A stretch of 64,000 nt of DNA from Candidatus Latescibacterota bacterium (GTDB taxonomy: Bacteria > Latescibacterota > UBA2968): NCBI GenBank assembly GCA_965116885.1, contig OZ220741.1, forward strand, positions 1,664,001 to 1,728,000, written 5' to 3'. Position numbers and translations under genes: made by a program. The notes under the pieces are model-generated. The model saw only the letters and a program-made list of their open reading frames with translations, had not been told where the DNA came from and did no database searches. Below are positions 59,833 through 64,000 of the stretch, piece after piece. Position 1 is the stretch's first letter. Every line of letters begins with the position of its first letter.

Positions 59833-60767
59833 TAAAGTTGTTTTGCCAGCGCGACTGCGCCGAGAAGTACGGAGCGGTTTTTGAGTTTGGCAGGGGCGAT
59901 TTTGAGGTGTGGACGGTGAATTGGCATGAGGAATCGACGGGTTTCTCTTCCCAGCGGTTCAAAGAGGATGCGCCCTGCGTTTGAGACGCCGCCTCCAATG
60001 ACGATGATATCGGGAGCGAATGCATTTACGGCCATTGCCAGACCCTGTCCGAGGTCGGTGCAGATTTCATCGACGAGCGCTCTGGCATAAGGGTCGCCAG
60101 AACGCGCGGTGTCAAATAGGGTTTTGGCTGTGATGGGGTTGTTGTTTGCGGTTCGTGTGATTGCGATACTTTTGCGCGGATGTTTTTTTATTGCTGTTTT
60201 TGCGCGTCTGGCAATGGCAGTGCCCGAGCACAGGGCTTCGAGGCAGCCCCGGTTGCCGCAGTCGCATTGGGGTCCGTCGCGCAAGATGGGCACATGTCCG
60301 AGTTCGCCGGCATATCCGTTGCCGCCGCGGTAGATTTCGCCGTTGATGATGATGCCCGCGCCAATGCCGGTGCTGATCGTATAGTAGATGATGTGGCGAC
60401 TGTTTTGGCCCGCGCCAAAAGTAAATTCTCCCAGTGCGCCCACGTTGGCATCGTTGTCGATTATTGCGGGTACGCCGAGGTGTTGTTCGACAATTTCCGG
60501 CAGTGGGCAATCGTCCCATCCTGAGACGTGGGTGGAGTTGACGATGCGCTGTGTGTCGAAGTTGACGGGACCGCCAAATCCTATGCCACAGGCCGATACG
60601 GATGATTGTGAGATCAGTGTTTTGCTTGCGGCGAGTATGCGGTCAATTCTTTTGTCGGCGTGGTCTGCGCGATCTGTTTGGTGCTGGATGTGTTTGATGA
60701 TGCGGCCGTCGGGCGTGGCGAGAGCCAGGCCAAATTGGGAACCGCCGATGTCAATGGCGAGGATCAT
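59832..60767 (-). CDS. ROK family sugar kinase
   Basis: AIDIGG, DNDANVGALGE, STGIGAG, GELGH, CDCGNRGCLE; no HTH domain. Confidence 0.93.
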   Translation of the reverse strand: MILAIDIGGSQFGLALATPDGRIIKHIQHQTDRADHADKRIDRILAASKTLISQSSVSACGIGFGGPVNFDTQRIVNSTHVSGWDDCPLPEIVEQHLGVPAIIDNDANVGALGEFTFGAGQNSRHIIYYTISTGIGAGIIINGEIYRGGNGYAGELGHVPILRDGPQCDCGNRGCLEALCSGTAIARRAKTAIKKHPRKSIAITRTANNNPITAKTLFDTARSGDPYARALVDEICTDLGQGLAMAVNAFAPDIIVIGGGVSNAGRILFEPLGRETRRFLMPIHRPHLKIAPAKLKNRSVLLGAVALAKQL

Positions 60768-61999
60768 GGTGTGGCTCCAGATGGCAATAGCGTGCGGCGC
60801 ACGAGCAGGGCAATGACGCCTGAGATGGCAATGGCTGTGACCATGGAGATGGATGAGGCGCTGTAGAACTGGCTGAAGAGGGTGACAAATAATCCCGCCG
60901 TGCTCATTTGTACAAATCCCATGAGGGCGGAGGCAAGTCCGGCTTTTTCCGGATAGGGTACGATTGCGCCAGCCATTGCCTGAGGGCGCACCATACCGCC
61001 GCCTATTGTGAATAAACACATTGGGGCGATGATGCTGATGACAGAAAATACGCCCGCGAGTTTGAGTCCCAGCAGGAGCAGGCCCGCGCTCGCTGCGATC
61101 AGGCTGCCAATTTGAATGATGCGTGCGCTGCCGAGGCGGTTGTTGAGACGGCCAGATAAAAATGCGCCGATCATGAGTCCCGCGGCGACCGATCCAAAAC
61201 AGAGGCCGTAGAGTTGGGGAGAGACACCCAACTCGGTGATGAGTACAAAAGACGAGTTTGTGATAAAGGCAAACATGCCCCAGAATAAGATGGCGACCAT
61301 AAAGGTATATCCGAGGTACTGGCGGCTGGACAAGAGGTCGCGGTAATTGGCTGTCATGTGCGTTGGATTCATGGCTGTGGGGTCGATCATGTTATTGGTT
61401 TCAGGCACTGCCCAGAGGTAGCCGAAGAAGAACAGGCCGCCCAGCGCGCTGAGTACGACAAAGACGGAATGCCATCCAAAATGGGCTTGCAAAAAACCGC
61501 CTATCACGGGGGCGAGTATGGGGGCGAGGGCAATGGCTGTGGCCATGTAGGACATTATTCTGGCGGCGTGGATTTCGCCGTATATGTCGCGTACTACAGC
61601 GCGGCTTACAGAAGGGCCACTGCCTCCGGCAAATCCCTGCAATACGCGAGCCAGGATGAGTGCGCCCACTGTGGGTGCAAATAGGCAGCCCAGGCCCGCG
61701 AGGGCGTAACAGGCAAGGCCGATGAGCAAAATGGGGCGCCGGCCAAATCGGTCAGAGAGTGGGCCAAAGACGAGTTGTGCTGCACCCAGTGCTATTAAGA
61801 AGAAGGTGACGGCGGGCTGGATGTGGGTGGGATGGGTTTGAAACTCCTCAACCATTGCGGGCATTGAGGGCAAAAACATGTCAATGGATAAGGGGGGCAG
61901 GCCAGACAGGCCAGTTAGCAAGATGGGAATGAGGATGCGAGAGGTGGAAGATTGTTGTTCTGCGCTCAAATTATGCCCTTTTATGAGTAGGAGAGGCAT
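60764..61999 (-). CDS. Bcr/CflA-family MFS efflux transporter
   Basis: PLSIDMFLPSMP, GPLSDRFGRRP, RVLQG, RAVVRD, AGLASALMG. Confidence 0.92.
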   Translation of the reverse strand: MPLLLIKGHNLSAEQQSSTSRILIPILLTGLSGLPPLSIDMFLPSMPAMVEEFQTHPTHIQPAVTFFLIALGAAQLVFGPLSDRFGRRPILLIGLACYALAGLGCLFAPTVGALILARVLQGFAGGSGPSVSRAVVRDIYGEIHAARIMSYMATAIALAPILAPVIGGFLQAHFGWHSVFVVLSALGGLFFFGYLWAVPETNNMIDPTAMNPTHMTANYRDLLSSRQYLGYTFMVAILFWGMFAFITNSSFVLITELGVSPQLYGLCFGSVAAGLMIGAFLSGRLNNRLGSARIIQIGSLIAASAGLLLLGLKLAGVFSVISIIAPMCLFTIGGGMVRPQAMAGAIVPYPEKAGLASALMGFVQMSTAGLFVTLFSQFYSASSISMVTAIAISGVIALLVRRTLLPSGATP

Positions 62000-62029
62000 C
62001 CTTGCCTCGATTTTTTTTGTGAGAGAGGG

Positions 62030-62257
62030 CTAAATCAGAAATATGATAAACCAGATAATGACCAGGGCGACAAAGGGCGAGATGTCCAGCCCACCCATGT
62101 CGGGCAACAGACGGCGAATGGGTACGAGCACCGGATCTGTGATGGCATATATTATTCTGATGAGTGGATTGTATGGATTGGGGTTTATCCATGAGATGAG
62201 TGCTCGCGCAATGATGATGTAGCCGTAAATTGTGAGGAGATTTGCCAGGAAAAACAT
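62030..62257 (-). CDS. YggT family membrane protein
   Basis: IIARALISW.NP..NP, ITDPVL.PIRR, GGLDISP. Confidence 0.92.
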   Translation of the reverse strand: MFFLANLLTIYGYIIIARALISWINPNPYNPLIRIIYAITDPVLVPIRRLLPDMGGLDISPFVALVIIWFIIFLI

Positions 62258-62381
62258 AAGAGGACCTTTCGCAATAGGTTTCAGGGACGATGTGACAAAT
62301 TATCGGTTTGTGCGAGAAAAGCAACGGAAAAGACGGGGCTGATTGGCGGGTGTTTTTTTAGTGCCAGAGGCTTTTTGGACG

Positions 62382-62410
62382 TTGCACACGTTGGAAAATT
62401 TTGGTATTCT
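62382..62410 (+). promoter_or_regulatory. Candidate promoter for M16 peptidase gene
   Basis: TTGCAC-17 nt-TATTCT with TG extension. Confidence 0.45.
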
Positions 62411-62427
62411 GATGACTACTGATCCCG

Positions 62428-62505
62428 GAGGACGGCACAGGAGCCGTCCTCTACTCGGACACGATCATTGCCTGTAATGTAGGGGCGGTGCCCCCGTGCC
62501 CGCCC
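62428..62505. repeat. Divergent pair of GTAG REP palindromes
   Basis: Minus strand GTAGAGGACGGCTCCTGTGCCGTCCTC (62454-62428) and plus strand GTAGGGGCGGTGCCCCCGTGCCCGCCC (62479-62505). Confidence 0.75.
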
Positions 62506-62527
62506 ACTGACCACCGAGAACTTTGTG

Positions 62528-64000
62528 ATGCGCTCTGTATATTTGTCTCTTCTGCTCTGTCTTTTGCCGCTTCAAGTACTGGCAAGTTCGCCGCCCTATC
62601 AAAAGGTCACCGATGTTTCGCTTGCAGGGTCGCTTTCCATCCAGCATTATCGCCTCGCCAATGGGCTTCAGGTTGCGATTGTAGAGGACGATACCCGACC
62701 CGTTGTGACGTGTCAAATTGCCTATCGCGTGGGGTCTTCTCACGAAGCACCCGGCAGGCAGGGCATGGCGCATCTGGTTGAGCACCTGGCGGTGGATCGC
62801 TCATTCTTGGAATCGTTTCACCTTTCGGAGGCACCACATAGCAATGCTGGTACGTCGAAAGATGGTACGAGATACTACGCCACGGTTCCCAAAGCACAGT
62901 TGGACGCTCTGATCGCCAGTTTTGCACGGGGTATGACACAGTTTGATGTTTCTCAGGAAGCATTCGATCTCGAAAAAGAGGTGGTTCTGGCTGAATGGGC
63001 ACGCAGCGCCAATAGTGCGCGTCGGCTTCTGTATAAAAAGCTATATGCCCGCATGTTTGCAGGGCATCCCTATCGGTACGATATTTTGGGTCATCGTGAT
63101 ACGATTAAGACTTTTACCCTGGAGCAAGCAATCGCATTTCACAAGCGTTATTACGTGCCAAACAATGCATGTCTTGTAATTGTCGGCGATGTGAAAGAGG
63201 CTGATATTTTGCCCGTTTTGGTTCAACATTTTGGGAGGATTCCGAAGGACGAGGGGTTTATTCCAGACGATGTTGATACGCTGGATGTCGCATCTGTACC
63301 CCAGGATTCCATTCAATCTACAACTGATCTGCATTCTTCTGTTTGGGGTGTCTGGCATATTCCAACAGATACGCATCCAGACTCTTATCCTTTGTATTTG
63401 TTTGATAAAGCTCTTTTTGATGGTGAATATTCTCTTGCACGCCAAAGACTAATTGGTCCGGGAAAGGTTCTCGGGGTAAATTCCTATTTTCTCAATATGC
63501 GCGATAAAGATCTGTTTTATTATATAGCTGACTTACCTTCGGGTGCGCGTTATGAACCTGTGGTTTCGGCCATGCGACAAACTATTCAAGTAGCTATTGA
63601 TTTTTTTTCTGAAGACCGTCTTTTAGTGGCTAAAAACGAAGCGCGTAAGAGTTTATATCGCATGATAACCAGTCAGTCCCGTCTGGCAAACGCGATCTCT
63701 TTTGGATTCATTCGCACCAACGACCCTGCTTTTGATCTCAAGTGGATGCAGAATCTCGATGGGATTACTGTGGCAGATGTCAAGCGGGTGGTGAAGCAAT
63801 ATCTTTTAGATCAGCCGCCCCGCACCTTTGTCCTGGTCTCATCTCCAAAGCGACCACCATCGCGGCGCGTGTGGCTTTATGTGGGTGTTGTGTGGGTTCT
63901 CGTGGGCCTGGGAGGATACTGGTACTGGCGATGGCGAGTACTTGCGGTTGGATTATTTGCCGTTCTTGGTAGTGTTTCGGTAGCAGAGGCAGAAATCCCC
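62528..64000 (+). CDS. M16 (pitrilysin/insulinase) family zinc peptidase, partial (runs off window end)
   Basis: Not in ORF track, consistent with no stop in the window. Manual translation: signal peptide, YRLANGLQV, YRVGSSHE, GMAHLVEHL (HxxEH), EKEVVLAE. Confidence 0.88.
   Translation, partial: MRSVYLSLLLCLLPLQVLASSPPYQKVTDVSLAGSLSIQHYRLANGLQVAIVEDDTRPVVTCQIAYRVGSSHEAPGRQGMAHLVEHLAVDRSFLESFHLSEAPHSNAGTSKDGTRYYATVPKAQLDALIASFARGMTQFDVSQEAFDLEKEVVLAEWARSANSARRLLYKKLYARMFAGHPYRYDILGHRDTIKTFTLEQAIAFHKRYYVPNNACLVIVGDVKEADILPVLVQHFGRIPKDEGFIPDDVDTLDVASVPQDSIQSTTDLHSSVWGVWHIPTDTHPDSYPLYLFDKALFDGEYSLARQRLIGPGKVLGVNSYFLNMRDKDLFYYIADLPSGARYEPVVSAMRQTIQVAIDFFSEDRLLVAKNEARKSLYRMITSQSRLANAISFGFIRTNDPAFDLKWMQNLDGITVADVKRVVKQYLLDQPPRTFVLVSSPKRPPSRRVWLYVGVVWVLVGLGGYWYWRWRVLAVGLFAVLGSVSVAEAEIP

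Overview
Chromosomal window from a diderm bacterium, probably FCB-group (Latescibacterota/Gemmatimonadota-like; inferred from PorV, T9SS-type C-terminal domains, GWxTD, DUF6785-like and dockerin-like proteins). Most genes are on the minus strand. Contents in order: (1) an OMP - TonB-dependent receptor - T9SS-CTD protein - PorV cassette; (2) a putative glycan-degradation cluster (Na+/solute symporter, isochorismatase-family hydrolase, unknown 799-aa protein, heparinase II/III-like lyase, dockerin-bearing GH-like protein) facing a DUF6785-like transporter; (3) a cytochrome P450 and a histone-H1-like Lys/Ala-rich protein; (4) CIRCE-controlled groES-groEL, with a His-rich GroEL tail; (5) a long operon S55 peptidase - beta-propeller - ribD (reductase only) - ribE - ribBA - ribH - nusB - metallophosphoesterase - secA - rhodanese; (6) rlmH, a candidate sRNA locus, an enolase-family enzyme, udk and a TorF-like porin; (7) a sodium-bioenergetics cluster (Mrp with three MrpD paralogues and no full MrpA, nqrM-like, apbE, CBS protein, nqrABCDEF); (8) TPR-GWxTD protein, amidohydrolase, ROK kinase, Bcr/CflA MFS, YggT and a partial M16 peptidase. 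Intergenic regions carry GTAG-type REPs, inverted arrays of an 8-bp repeat and a 10-bp repeat. No CRISPR, rRNA, tRNA or transposase was recognised. Family calls come from motif recognition by eye, not from database searches.
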